A stretch of DNA of 64,000 bases, from assembly GCA_044892525.1 (NCBI GenBank), contig CM097885.1:1178001-1242000 (forward strand), read 5' to 3'. Positions 36,801-51,114 of this stretch are shown in pieces (position 1 is the stretch's first letter; each line of letters begins with the position of its first letter). The position numbers were made by a program, and so were the translations under genes. The notes under the pieces are model-generated. The model had not been told where the DNA came from. It searched no databases and saw only the letters and a program-made list of their open reading frames with translations. The DNA is from Schmidtea polychroa. Its lineage: Eukaryota.

Positions 36801-39800
36801 AATAAAACGCTGTGTTAATTTTAAATAAACTGGATATTAATTTTTTGGAAAAAATAAATAAATAAAATAGTCTAAAAGGTTAAATTATGGTCTAAAATTT
36901 AAAATTTAAAAATTGAAAATTGAAAATTAAAAACTAAACTAATCAAACTAAATCAAACGCTATAACCTTAATTCAAGAATTCACTAAAGTAGATCAGAAG
37001 ATATTAATTATCAAAATGTAACAAAGACTCTGAAATTCATCAATTTCATCTAATGACCTGGTGATATTCAATACCATTCTCAAGAATGCTAAAGTCGGGA
37101 ATTCTTTGAATTAAACGATTTCATCTAATTATCCGGCGATATTCGATCCGATTCTATAAAGTATTTATCTTTGTAGTTGAATAAAAGTTTATTGTTGATT
37201 ATAGTTTATCATTAATTATTTTTTTGTTAGGGGTGTTAAAGAAAATACTTGACTGATTCATTTTTCTCAGATAAAATTTGTTCTGTAATCGGGAAATTCA
37301 AGAATGAGAATAAAGGAAATCAATATAAAGAATGGGTGTTTCTTCGTCCCAAGTGCTACTCACTCCAAGGCGATAAAACACTCAAAAAGCCAAAGGAATA
37401 AGACTTACAAATTCTAATATCACCCATGAAGCTTATAAAAAAAGTGTATACTGATGGTGGAACAGTGAGCATCCCATTAAAAAAGAATAGGAAGTGTCAA
37501 TCATCAGTTGTATACTTTCATGACAGAAAAACGAGCTCTCCAATGTTTGGACGATAAAAGGCATTGGTACAATTGTAATGAAAGCTATGCCTACGGTCAC
37601 TATAAGATTCGTCACATGCATATTGCAACTTCTATGTCTAGAAATGAATGCAAATCGAAACAAGCACTTTAACAATTAAATTTATGCGAATAATAAAATA
37701 TATATTGTGAATTATTTGACTTCGTTAATAAAAATATGTTTTATCATTTATTAATTCATTTGTCCAAATAATTTAGATAATTAGTTTTAAGTAAGAATTA
37801 TTATTTATCATGAAAAACTTTGCTTTGTTTTGAAAAATTAATGCCCATTTTATTTTAAATTAACACAGCTTTATTTTATGATAATTACTAATTAAAATTT
37901 TATTCAAATTGAAATATTATTGTTACAATTTACACTCTTGTTAGAATATATTAAATGTAAATGTAAAATAATAACAATAAAAAAAAAATAATAATAATAA
38001 ATAAATAAAAATTAAATTAAAAAAAATATTAATTAAATAACGAAAGTAATTAAAATAAAATATTAATAAATAATTAATTAATTAAATGTAATAAATTGAA
38101 AATTAACTAAAGTAATTAATTAAAACAAAAAACATAATAAAATAATTAATTAATAAATTTAAAAAAAAAAATTAAATAGTAGTAATTAAATAAATTTAAA
38201 AAAAAATAAATAGAAATGATTCTATTGACCTATATTTGACCTGGACATTGGGATGACCTTGAAAGTGTCCTGGAGTCCTCACTATATACTACTAATTATA
38301 ATCATAATTTTCTTTAATTTAACCCTTTATTTACTTAATTTAGCCCTTGTTTACCGAATATAGAAGTTTAAAATATAGACCATTGATTACTTTAATTTAA
38401 AAATGTATCCCTTAATTTACATAATTTCCATCTAAAATTATTTCAAAAAAATTTTTTTTCTAAAATTGTCATTGAAAAATATTTCATAAAAGTTTTCATT
38501 TAAAATTTTCATTGAAAAATATTTCATAAAAATTTTTTTTAAAAATTATCTTAAAAATTATTCCATAAAAATTTCCATCTAAAATTACTTAAAAAATTAT
38601 TTCATAAAAATTTTCATTAAAAAATTTCAATTCTCAAACACCTTCTATTATTTTGTTAATAAATTTAAAATCTTACTTTAATTTGCTTATTACATTACTT
38701 ATTTAAAAATTATTACTTTAATTTACTTATTTAAAATATTTGACCATTGATTACTTAATTTAAAAATTTGGACCTTAATTAACTTAAATTTAATTTTTTA
38801 GAACCTTAATTTACTTTAATTTTAAATTTTGACCCTTAATTAACTTTAATTCAAAATTTGGACATTAATTGAAAATTTTAGACCATACTTTTCCATAAAA
38901 TTGTCATTGAAAAAATTTTCATTTCTCAGGCGCCGTTTAGTAGGTGGTTAGGAGCCCGCTTCAAATGCAAGCCGTTTTTTTGCTGCAACATTTGATTGCG
39001 CAATTGTTGCAACTTGTTTTTTTTTCTATTGAAAATACTAGAAAAAAAAAATAATCGTAGCTTACTGTACAACAAAAAAAATGAGTTGCAACAATTGCGT
39101 AATCAAAATTTGCAGCAAAAAAAAAGTTGCCGCAGAACCCCTCACCCCCCCTAAAATTTTCAATTAAGGTCTAAAATTTTCAATTAAGGTCTAAAATTTT
39201 CAATTAAGTAATTAAGGTCTAAATTTCTCAATTACAGTAAATTATGGTTCTAAAAAATTAAATTATAGTAAATTATGGTCCAAATTTTCAAAAACAGTAA
39301 ATTATGGTATATATTTTTAAACTTAAGTAAATTAAGGTCTAAAATTTAAAAGTAAAGTAAATTTCAATTAAGTAAAGTAAGGTCTAAAATTTTCAATTAA
39401 GGTCTAAAATTTTCAATTAAAGTAAATTAAGGTACAAATTTTGAATTAAAGTTAAATAAGGGTCAAAATTTAAAATTAAAGTAAATTAAGGTTCTAAAAA
39501 ATTAAATTAAAGTTAATTAAGGTCCAAATTTTTAAATTAAGTAATCAATGGTCAAATATTTTAAATAAGTAAATTAAAGTAATAATTTTTAAATAAGTAA
39601 TGTAATAAGCAAATTAAAGTAAGATTTTAAATTTATTAACAAAATAATAGAAGGTGTTTGAGAATTGAAATTTTTTAATGAAAATTTTTATGAAATATTT
39701 TTCAATGACAATTTTAGAAAAAAAAATTTTTTGAAATAATTTTAGATGGAAATTATTTAAATTAAGGGATACATTTTTAAATTAAAGTAATCAATGATCT

Positions 39801-42800
39801 ATATTTTAAACTTCTATATTCGGTAAACAAGGACTAAATTAAGTAAATAAAGGGTTAAATTAAAGAAAATTATGATTATAATTATAATTAGATTTAAAGA
39901 ATAATTACCTTTTCATTTAACACTACAGTGTTAATTCTTACCATTTTAGAATAATATTTTTTATCAAAGTTCTTATCTTGATTTATTTAATTTTAATTGA
40001 AAGTAATGACGAAATAGAACGTGTTGTCTTCAATTTTAATGAATTAATTTGAAATATTATTTAGATAAATATTTGTGTTTAAGGTATTCCTTAGTAATAT
40101 TTTTTTTAGAGTTGATGGTTTTTGTGAATTTTTATCATTTTCATGAATTTCATGTGGATAGAATGAATATTTAAAAATTTTAAGTTAGTTCTAAGATAAA
40201 TTTAATTAATTTCTTGATAATTGGATGCATTTTTATTGATTGGTTTTTTAATTTTAAATAAAAATTATTTTTAATGACAGTTAGGTTAATAATCACGTGA
40301 TAGGATATGACTTTGTAATAATATTTTTTTTCATATATTTTCTAAGAATTTCATGTAGATTTATTTAAAAATTTAAAGTTTTAATGACGATTTTATTTGA
40401 ATTTCTTGATAATTTGTTAAATTTTAAATAAAAATTAATTTTTTTTAATGACTGTTAGGTTAATAATTAAGTAATTGGTTTAATTTTAGATGACTTTGTA
40501 ATGCATTTGACTAAATAATTTTTTTCAATAATTTTCTAAGAATATTAACACATTGATGAACTTTTTTAAAAAAAACATAAGCTAAGAAACCAGTTAACCT
40601 TATAAAGAACTTTAAATTTACTTGATAATTTACAGAAATAATATACAAAATTTAATTTACAGAAATAATTTACAAAATAATAATACAGAAATTTATGATT
40701 AAGTTTGCTTTTATGAACAATCAATATATATCATCTCTAGTTAGGTATTTGATAGGTGAAATATTTGTAGTAAATAATAAGTTTATTATGTCTTTGTTAC
40801 ATAACTCGACTTTAGCGTCAAAATGTGTTTTTAAAATAAATTTTAATTTTAAAATACCGCAATGTAATATATTAATTTTTTCCTAACCTTCCTTGATTTT
40901 GATTGGTTAGAATTTGTTACTATAAACAATAATAATCTATAAACAATAATAATCTATAAACAATAATCAATCATTAGTCAAATTTAACAAATAATTAACC
41001 TTTAAAAATGAATTCTTTAATAGAAAACGTTATGAATGTTCGAGAAAAAATTCAGGAATTTGGTAAATTTTAATTTATTTATTAATTAATTTATTAATTA
41101 ATTTAGATAATATTAATGAAGACAATTTAAAATCTTTATTTTTTCTTAAATTTTACATTTACATTATATTCTAAAAAGAGAGTTAATTATAACAATAATA
41201 TTTCAATTTGTATAAAATTTTAATTAGTAATTATTCAATTTGAATAAAATATTTATTAGAAATTATTTAATTTATTATAAAATAAAACGCTGTGTTAATT
41301 TTAAATAAACTGGATATTAATTTTTTGGAAAAAATAAATAAATAAAATAGTCTAAAAGGTTAAATTATGGTCTAAAATTTAAAATTTAAAAATTGAAAAT
41401 TGAAAATTAAAAACTAAACTAATCAAACTAAATCAAACGCTATAACCTTAATTCAAGAATTCACTAAAGTAGATCAGAAGATATTAATTATCAAAATGTA
41501 ACAAAGACTCTGAAATTCATCAATTTCATCTAATGACCTGGTGATATTCAATACCATTCTCAAGAATGCTAAAGTCGGGAATTCTTTGAATTAAACGATT
41601 TCATCTAATTATCCGGCGATATTCGATCCGATTCTATAAAGTATTTATCTTTGTAGTTGAATAAAAGTTTATTGTTGATTATAGTTTATCATTAATTATT
41701 TTTTTGTTAGGGGTGTTAAAGAAAATACTTGACTGATTCATTTTTCTCAGATAAAATTTGTTCTGTAATCGGGAAATTCAAGAATGAGAATAAAGGAAAT
41801 CAATATAAAGAATGGGTGTTTCTTCGTCCCAAGTGCTACTCACTCCAAGGCGATAAAACACTCTAAAAGCCAAAGGAATAAGACTTACAAATTCTAATAT
41901 CACCCATGAAGCTTATAAAAAAAGTGTATACTGATGGTGGAACAGTGAGCATCCCATTAAAAAAGAATAGGAAGTGTCAATCATCAGTTGTATACTTTCA
42001 TGACAGAAAAACGAGCTCTCCAATGTTTGGACGATAAAAGGCATTGGTACAATTGTAATGAAAGCTATGCCTACGGTCACTATAAGATTCGTCACATGCA
42101 TATTGCAACTTCTATGTCTAGAAATGAATGCAAATCGAAACAAGCACTTTAACAATTAAATTTATGTGAATAATAAAATATATATTGTGAATTATTTGAC
42201 TTCGTTAATTAAAATATGTTTTATCATTTAATAATTCATTTGTCCAATTAATTTAGATAATTAGTTTTAAGTAAGAATTATTATTTATCATGAAAAACTT
42301 TGCTTTGTTTTGAAAAATTAATGCCCATTTTATTTTAAATTAACACAGCTTTATTTTATGATAATTACTAATTAAAATTTTATTCAAATTGAAATATTAT
42401 TGTTACAATTTACACTCTTGTTAGAATATATTAAATGTAAATGTAAAATAATAACAATAAAAAAAAATAATAATAATAATAAATAAATAAAAATTAAATT
42501 AAAAAAAATATTAATTAAATAACGTAAGTAATTAAAATAAAATATTAATAAATAATTAATTAATTAAATGTAATAAATTGAAAATTAACTAAAGTAATTA
42601 ATTAAAACAAAAAACATAATAAAATAATTAATTAATAAATTTAAAAAAAAAATTAAATAGTAGTAATTAAATAAATTTAAAAAAAAATAAATAGAAATGA
42701 TTCTATTGACCTATATTTGACCTGGACATTGGGATGACCTTGAAAGTGTCCTGGAGTCCTCACTATATACTACTAATTATAATCATTATTTTCTTTAATT

Positions 42801-45545
42801 TAACCCTTTATTTACTTAATTTAGCCCTTGTTTACCGAATATAGAAGTTTAAAATATAGACCATTGATTACTTTAATTTAAAAATGTATCCCTTAATTTA
42901 CATAATTTCCATCTAAAATTATTTCAAAAAAATTTTTTTTCTAAAATTGTCATTGAAAAATATTTCATAAAAGTTTTCATTTAAAATTTTCATTGAAAAA
43001 TATTTCATAAAAATTTTTTTTAAAAATTATCTTAAAAATTATTCCATAAAAATTTCCATCTTAAATTACTTAAAAAATTATTTCATAAAAATTTTCATTA
43101 AAAATTTCAATTCTCAAACACCTTCTATTATTTTGTTAATAAATTTAAAATCTTACTTTAATTTGCTTATTACATTACTTATTTAAAAATTATTACTTTA
43201 ATTTACTTATTTAAAATATTTGACCATTGATTACTTAATTTAAAAATTTGGACCTTAATTAACTTTAATTTAATTTTTTAGAACCTTAATTTACTTTAAT
43301 TTTAAATTTTGACCCTTAATTAACTTTAATTCAAAATTTGGACATTAATTGAAAATTTTAGACCATACTTTTCCATAAAATTGTCATTGAAAAAATTTTC
43401 ATTTCTCAGGCGCCGTTTAGTAGGTGGTTAGGAGCCCGCTTCAAATGCAAGCCGTTTTTTTGCTGCAACATTTGATTGCGCAATTATTGCAACTTGTTTT
43501 TTTTCTATTGAAAATACTAGAAAAAAAATAATCGTAGCTTACTGTACAACAAAAAAAATGAGTTGCAACAATTGCGTAATCAAAATTTGCAGCAAAAAAA
43601 AAGTTGCCGCAGACCCCCTCCCCCCCCCCCCTAAAATTTTCAATTAAGGTCTAAAATTTTCAATTAAGTAATTAAGGTCTAAATTTCTCAATTACAGTAA
43701 ATTATGGTTCTAAAAAATTAAATTATAGTAAATTATGGTCCAAATTTTCAAAAACAGTAAATTATGGTATATATTTTTAAACTTAAGTAAATTAAGGTCT
43801 AAAATTTAAAAGTAAAGTAAATTTCAATTAAGTAAAGTAAGGTCTAAAATTTTCAATTAAAGTAAATTAAGGTACAAATTTTGAATTAAAGTTAATTAAG
43901 GGTCAAAATTTAAAATTAAAGTAAATTAAGGTTCTAAAAAATTAAATTAAAGTTAATTAAGGTCCAAATTTTTAAATTAAGTAATCAATGGTCAAATATT
44001 TTAAATAAGTAAATTAAAGTAATAATTTTTAAATAAGTAATGTAATAAGCAAATTAAAGTAAGATTTTAAATTTATTAACAAAATAATAGAAGGTGTTTG
44101 AGAATTGAAATTTTTTAATGAAAATTTTTATGAAATATTTTTCAATGACAATTTTAGAAAAAAAAATTTTTTGAAATAATTTTAGATGGAAATTATTTAA
44201 ATTAAGGGATACATTTTTAAATTAAAGTAATCAATGATCTATATTTTAAACTTCTATATTCGGTAAACAAGGACTAAATTAAGTAAATAAAGGGTTAAAT
44301 TAAAGAAAATTATGATTATAATTATAATTAGATTTAAAGAATAATTACCTTTTCATTTAACACTACAGTGTTAATTCTTACCATTTTAGAATAATATTTT
44401 TTATCAAAGTTCTTATCTTGATTTATTTAATTTTAATTGAAAGTAATGACGAAATAGAACGTGTTGTCTTCAATTTTAATGAATTAATTTGAAAGATTAT
44501 TTAGATAAATATTTGTGTTTAAGGTATTCCTTAGTAATATTTTTTTTAGAGTTGATGGTTTTTGTGAATTTTTATCATTTTCATGAATTTCATGTGGATA
44601 GAATGAATATTTAAAAATTTTAAGTTAGTTCTAAGATAAATTTAATTAATTTCTTGATAATTGGATGCATTTTTATTGATTGGTTTTTTAATTTTAAATA
44701 AAAATTATTTTTAATGACAGTTAGGTTAATAATCACGTGATAGGATATGACTTTGTAATAATATTTTTTTTCATATATTTTCTAAGAATTTCATGTAGAT
44801 TTATTTAAAAATTTAAAGTTTTAATGACGATTTTAATTGAATTTCTTGATAATTTGTTAAATTTTAAATAAAAATTAATTTTTTTTTAATGACTGTTAGG
44901 TTAATAATTAAGTAATTGGTTTAATTTTAGATGACTTTGTAATGCATTTGACTAAATAATTTTTTTCAATAATTTTCTAAGAATATTAACACATTGATGA
45001 ACTTTTTTAAAAAAACATAAGCTAAGAAACCAGTTAACCTTATCAAGAACTTTAAATTTACTTGATAATTTACAGAAATAATATACAAAATTTAATTTAC
45101 AGAAATTATTTACAAAATAATAATACAAAAATTATGATTAAACTTGCTTTTATGAACAATCAATATATATCATTTCTAGTTAGGTATTTGATAGGTGAAA
45201 TATTTGTAGTAAATAATAAGTTTATTATGTCTTTGTTACATAACTCGACTTTAGCGTCAAAATGTGTTTTTAAAATAAATTTTAATTTTAAAATACCGCA
45301 ATGTAATATATTAATTTTTTCCTAACCTTCCTTGATTTTGATTGGTTAGAATTTGTTCCTATAAACAATAATAATCTATAAACAATAATCAATCATTAGT
45401 CACATTTAACAAATAATTAACCTTTAAAAATGAATTCTTTAATAGAAAACGTTATGAATGTTCGAGAAAAAATTCAGGAATTTGGTAAATTTTAATTTAT
45501 TTATTAATTAATTTAGATAATATTAATGAAGACAATTTAAAATCG
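32225..45545. repeat. Tandem array of three ~4.44-4.48-kb units made of Polinton pieces, each containing a ~1.57-kb imperfect palindrome
   Basis: Identical ORFs at 32974/37433/41913 and 36215/40695. Each unit has a pPolB 3' end, a type-B terminus (33834, 38293, 42774), a type-A terminus (34479, 38939, 43419) and pPolB 5' exons. Confidence 0.95.
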
Positions 45546-45809
45546 AAGATTAAAGGAAATTTGAAAAGAAAAAGTAAACATAATTTTTAATTTATTAATT
45601 TAATTAATTAATAATTTAGGTAATACGAATAAAGAGAAAAAATATGTCAATGTGTCAATAAATCGAAATGGAAATTTACAATGTAAGTATTGATTACTTT
45701 TTATAATTTAAATAAATTTAATATAATTTTTTATTTAAGTAAATGTTAATATTTTTAATTTAGTAAATTTTTATTTTTTAGTAAATAAAATTTGTAAAAT
45801 AATAATAAT

Positions 45810-48300
45810 TATCTAAATGTGGATGTTTTAATACATAATTATCAGTTAATTGTTTGCTATTATCATATGAAAAAACATTAATTATTAAACCCGAATTTTT
45901 AGATTCAAATTTCCTAATGTCTTTTAATTTCATAGGTAATTCTAACGGGTCGTATACTAAGTCAGATAAATTATAACTCGATGTTCTATTTCTAGCATAA
46001 CTACTAACTTCATCATATTTTAAAATAGCTAAAATGCTATATAAAAAACATGAATCATCAGTGTTTTTTATATTAATTAAACAATATTTATTTTTTAGAT
46101 AAGTAGGTGTTTCAATGAAACTCCTACCACTTAATCTACTTAACCTACTTATTTTTGTTATGGTGAAATGTATTTCAGTAATATTTTTTATATTCCAACT
46201 GCTTCCTAACTCAGTAATATTAGTAATTTTCTCATTTAATTCTTTAATGCCTTCATCAAAAAATGATGCAGTTAAAGGCTTTGCCTTATTTGAGATATTA
46301 TTAACCTTTATTTCCCCGTCTTTTTCAAATTCGATTGTTATTCCGAATTGAATTTTGACGGAGCCTTATTCGTTAATAATATCTCGTAATTTTATTATTA
46401 GTTGTTCAGGAAATATTACTTCTTTTATATTTAAGTTGCTGTATTTAAGCTTAATATTTGATGGGTACCTCTTAAATCTCTTTTACTGTCGGTACATTTC
46501 CACCTATTTGTATTATATTTAATCCATCCCAAGAATCAAAGGAAGTGAATAATCCATCATTGGATTCAACAACCAATCCGACCTATGATTCAACAAAAGG
46601 CAATCCGACCTGGGATTCAACAACCAATCCATCATTGGATTCAACAAAAGGCAATCTGACCTGGGATTCAACAAAAGACAATCCGTCCTGGGATTCAACA
46701 ACCAATCCATCATTGGATTCAACAAAAGACAATTCGACCTGGAATTCAACAAAAGACAATCCAGCCTGGGATTCAACCTCTTATCCGACCTGGGATTCAA
46801 AAGAAGAAGTATCTAATTTAATTTTTTTATTTGTAATATTTTTTCTATAGTTGAGGGTCTTTTAAAAACACTATCTTTTTTAAAATTAAACCTATCTAAA
46901 TGATTTTTATGTTTATTATTAAAAACGCTATATGTTACAGGGTCACTAGTCTTACATACGGGACATATAAAATAAGTTTTATTATAATATTTTTTCGTGT
47001 AATAATTCTCCGTTATAGAATGGCAATTATTATCATGTTCTTTCGATGAACAATAATTTGGATAAAGTATACCTATAAAATAAAAATTTAAATAACGTCA
47101 TCGATATCGATATCATATTCTCCAAAATCTTCTCCAACATCTTCAATAAATTCTTCCTCATCTTTTCCAACATTTTCATCAAATTTATCTCCAACAATTT
47201 CTCCAACATTTTCTCCAACAATTTCTCCAACATTTTCTCCAATATTTAATTCACCAAATCTTACATGCCTATATGCAAGAATAGCATTTTTCCCCACCCA
47301 AACCCTTTTGTCATCTTTGTTAGTTAGTGCTATTTTATTATTTTTAATTGTAAAAATTTGATGATTTTTGTTTGTTAATTTTGTTTGAGGAATCAAAAAA
47401 ATTTGATTAGTTTTATAACAATCCAGGTATGACTGATGTTTTATGTCACTATCTTTCAATGTTACACCTTTAGCCTTTTTTGTTTCCTCATCACCCAACA
47501 AGCTATAACACTTGGGTCTAAGAAAAACCCATTCCTTATATTTAAGACCTTTATTCTCGTCTTTGAACTTTCCAATGACAGAATCAAGGTTCTTACTATA
47601 TAAGGAATGACAACTTTTGTAATCGAAGTATGTTAATTTTATTAACAAATTGATAAGAATCAATGAATCTTAAGCTTATTTTGTCTAAATGCGCAATCAA
47701 AGAAATAAATTTTTCAGTCGTGATTGGTATGCAACCTAAAGTCCAATTTTTAAATTTGTTTAAACCATATTTTAGAATATAGTGCATATCGTATCTCTTC
47801 AAGTTGTGAAATACGATAGGCAAAATTTTATTTATTTTCCTATTTATGTTGCATGTGCTACAAGCTGCACCCAAGTATTTCCCAGTAAAATGATTGTGAT
47901 CTCTAACAGGATCGACGATACATTTCAAACAAAGGTAACAAACAGATGCACTAACAAATTGACGTTGTTCAATTTTTGTTAATTTCATCATAGGTTTGCT
48001 TCAATTTTATAATAAAAAGGAAGAACCTTATTTAATGCTATATCCTCTATAGCACTTAAAAAACTCTCGACGCAATCTAAACCTATGAACTGTTGATAAG
48101 ATTTAGATCCATCAAAGTTATTTACAAGTAAAAGACCAGAAGATATTGGCATGTGTCGTTTGAAATGAACATTATCGGAAGGTAAAATAGCCTCAAAATC
48201 GGCATCAGCTACAAAAGGAGGAGTTACTGTTTTCGACCAGTCAGTAAACTGTAATAATTTATTTTGAGGGAAGGTGTAAAGAATTGTTCCTAACTGATTT
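45810..48300 (-). pseudogene. polB: Scrambled inverted pPolB subfamily A fragments (N-terminal ~45810-47085, C-terminal ~47088-47620, exonuclease ~47640-48300)
   Basis: ORFs 47088..47663 (IGKFKDE...KAKGV...DDKR) and 47596..47991 (CYLC...VRDHNHFTG...FHNLKRYD); the rest is the reverse complement of ~13630-14810. Confidence 0.9.
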
Positions 48301-50099
48301 TTTATGTGTTTAGTTAATGTTTATATGTTTTGTTATGTGTCTAGTTATTTTTATGTGTTTAGTTAATTTTTATGTGTTGTATAGTATTTGGTTGAAATAA
48401 TAATATTATTATTAATCTATAAAAAAAAATTTCATTAAAAAAATTTACTTAAAAAATTAATCCACTAAAATTTTCGTTGAAAATTATCTTAAAAAATTTT
48501 TATTAAAGATTTTCATTAAAAAATTTCAATTCTTAATTACTGACTATTATTCCAACTTTTTGTTAATAAATTTAAAAATCTTACTTTAATTTACTTATTA
48601 CTTTAATTAAAAAATTTGAAACTTAATTTACTTATTTCAGCCCATTGATTACCAAATATATCTATTAATTTACTTTAATTCAAAAATCTTAGCCCATAAT
48701 TTACTATATTTCAATTTTTAGACCCTTAATTTACTGTAATTCAATTTTTGAACCATCATTTACTTTAATTTTAAATTTAAGAACCATAATTTACTTTAGT
48801 TTAAAAATTTGAACCTTAATTAACTAATAAAAGTTAAATTATCATTTTCAATTAATATTTTACAAACATAAAATTACAATATTTGAAATTCTAAATATCT
48901 CTATTAACATGTTTGCAATTAATTTTAAAAATACAAAAATTTTACAAAATTTTCAAATTGAATATTAAATATTTTTTTAATTTGCATTTGATAATGTTTA
49001 TTCTTAATAAGATTTTCCCATGAGAAAATTCATATTTGTTTAAATGCAAAACTTTAAATTTAATTCAATAAAAAAATTATTTTTCAAGACGTCTAAAAGC
49101 TCTAGGACAAGAAGAAAATACAGTTTAGAAAGGTAGTGAGTGAATTTCCTAATGAATTACAGAAGGGTATAGGACAAAGTTCCAGTTCTCTATTCTCAAT
49201 TTATCATCAATCAGCAGCGACATTGACAAAGTTTTTCTTAAACAAGCTGCAAATTTATATATAAAATTACATAAAAATTGTTGATAAATTGTTAAAGTTT
49301 TAATAATATATTTCGAATAATAAAAATTTCCCTTGATAAAATTCTGAATATGAAATAAATATTAAAAATTATATTAAAATTTAAAACTGTAAAAATTTTA
49401 AATTTTATTTATAAATTTCATTTTTAAATTGTTTTATTAATCAATTTATTAGAAAATAATCTTAATGAAGCATTTTAAGTATTATTTTAGTTTTAACTAA
49501 TTTTTCTAAATTTTATTTAAATTTATTTTTGTAGTCGTTTATGATATGGAGGCCTTTAAGCAGTTAGTCTTAGTTAACGTAGCTCTCTTTGCTGGTAATA
49601 ATACAAATTACCTTTTACCTTGACTGCATTGATGGAGGTGCTACTCGTCATGAACCTACCTCATGCAGTTATCCATTTGTATGCCGAATGTCCTTTACCG
49701 TCGAACTTCCTGTGGCTTCGTCATAATCGTTCTTATTGGTCTAACAATGTACCGCACTACGTCGATCCCTCTTATAAGGTTTCTGAATTTCAACATTTTG
49801 CTCTTATCATAGCCCATTTTTGACTACTTTGGTGACAACATCAGAGTGCCTTCTTTTATTTTTTACCTTTTTAGGATCTGACCTTCACAGTGGATACATA
49901 AAGATTTTCAGCAAAAGCCTCAGCGATATGTAATTTCATTTATTTCCATTTTCAGCGTAGATTAGACTAGTAATGTCATGTAATTCTGAACACTTCTCAT
50001 GCTTTCTTTCTTTATTTTCAATTTCTAGTTTAATATTTACATCCATCATTTTTATTTGTATTTTTATTTTTATTCTGATATTGCATTTATTATTTCTAT

Positions 50100-50650
50100 G
50101 TAGATAGTTTAATACCTAAATCGGTATTCCTTACTAAATCGAAAGGTTTAAGCGGTCCTTATACATGCATCATACTGATCCCAGTTGGTGTATAAAATAA
50201 ACTGCATTGATGAAGGTTCGAACCGTCATCGTTTTCTCTCTTGCAGTCAGTCATTTGTGTGGACCTTTTCTTTGTCTTTTTTTGCCAGATCCTCTATCTC
50301 AGTGGTAGATAGGCCAATAATCCTTAGTATTGTGTATATTTATCCCAATACCCTAAGGTACCTATTACAAGGACATGTAACGTGTGTGGTCGTTTATGGA
50401 GGTGTCCGATTTCCACTTGTTGTTCCACCGATTGTTCCACTTTACCAACTGTGCTTTAACAGCTTCGTACTCAGCCAGTGAGCTTATCCTTTCATCCCTG
50501 CACTCTTCAATTCGTCAATTCGCCTAACACGCTTCGCAAGTAGAACTTCTGCTACTTGTTTGAATCCTTTCTGTGCATTCGGACCCCAACGGCAACTACT
50601 TACTCTTGCCGCTAGTATCTTTTTAAGTATCCTAGTTAATACTGAGCACG
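50100..50650 (-). pseudogene. Degraded R2-like RT/thumb remnants
   Basis: SVLTRILKKILAARVSSCRWGPNAQKGFKQV is fused directly to AEVLLAKRVRRI (compare AEVLFVKRDRLRRI in ORF 55121..55984); the downstream part is heavily decayed. Confidence 0.65.
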
Positions 50651-51114
50651 CTCTTCCTCTATTTTTGAAGGCTTTCTTAAATCGGCATCCAAGATAGTTC
50701 GCTGGTCATGTTTTCGGTTATTGGGAGTCATTTCCTAATATTTTTGATTTCAAGCTTTGGCTGGGTGCTTTGTTTTGCCTGTGTTTTAATAGAATGGGAA
50801 TAGGTACCTTTTCTCGGAGAGATGCTTTTTCAGGAATGGTGATGTTGAAGTGATGGACTCCTTCTCCTGGTAGTATTCCTCACTATATCTGCGTATATTT
50901 TTGATGTAGCTTCTTTTGCATTCATTTTGTTTTCGTCTAAGTACCTAATGATATAGATAAATATTGAAGTGAAGGTTGAGGTAAGTATATTAGTATTAAT
51001 AGTTAATAGAGGTGTTGATTATAGTATCAATAGTATAATAATAATGATTATAGTATTAATAAAAACAACTAAAAAGACCACCAAATAGGCAGAACCCCTA
51101 CAAGGATTCCTACA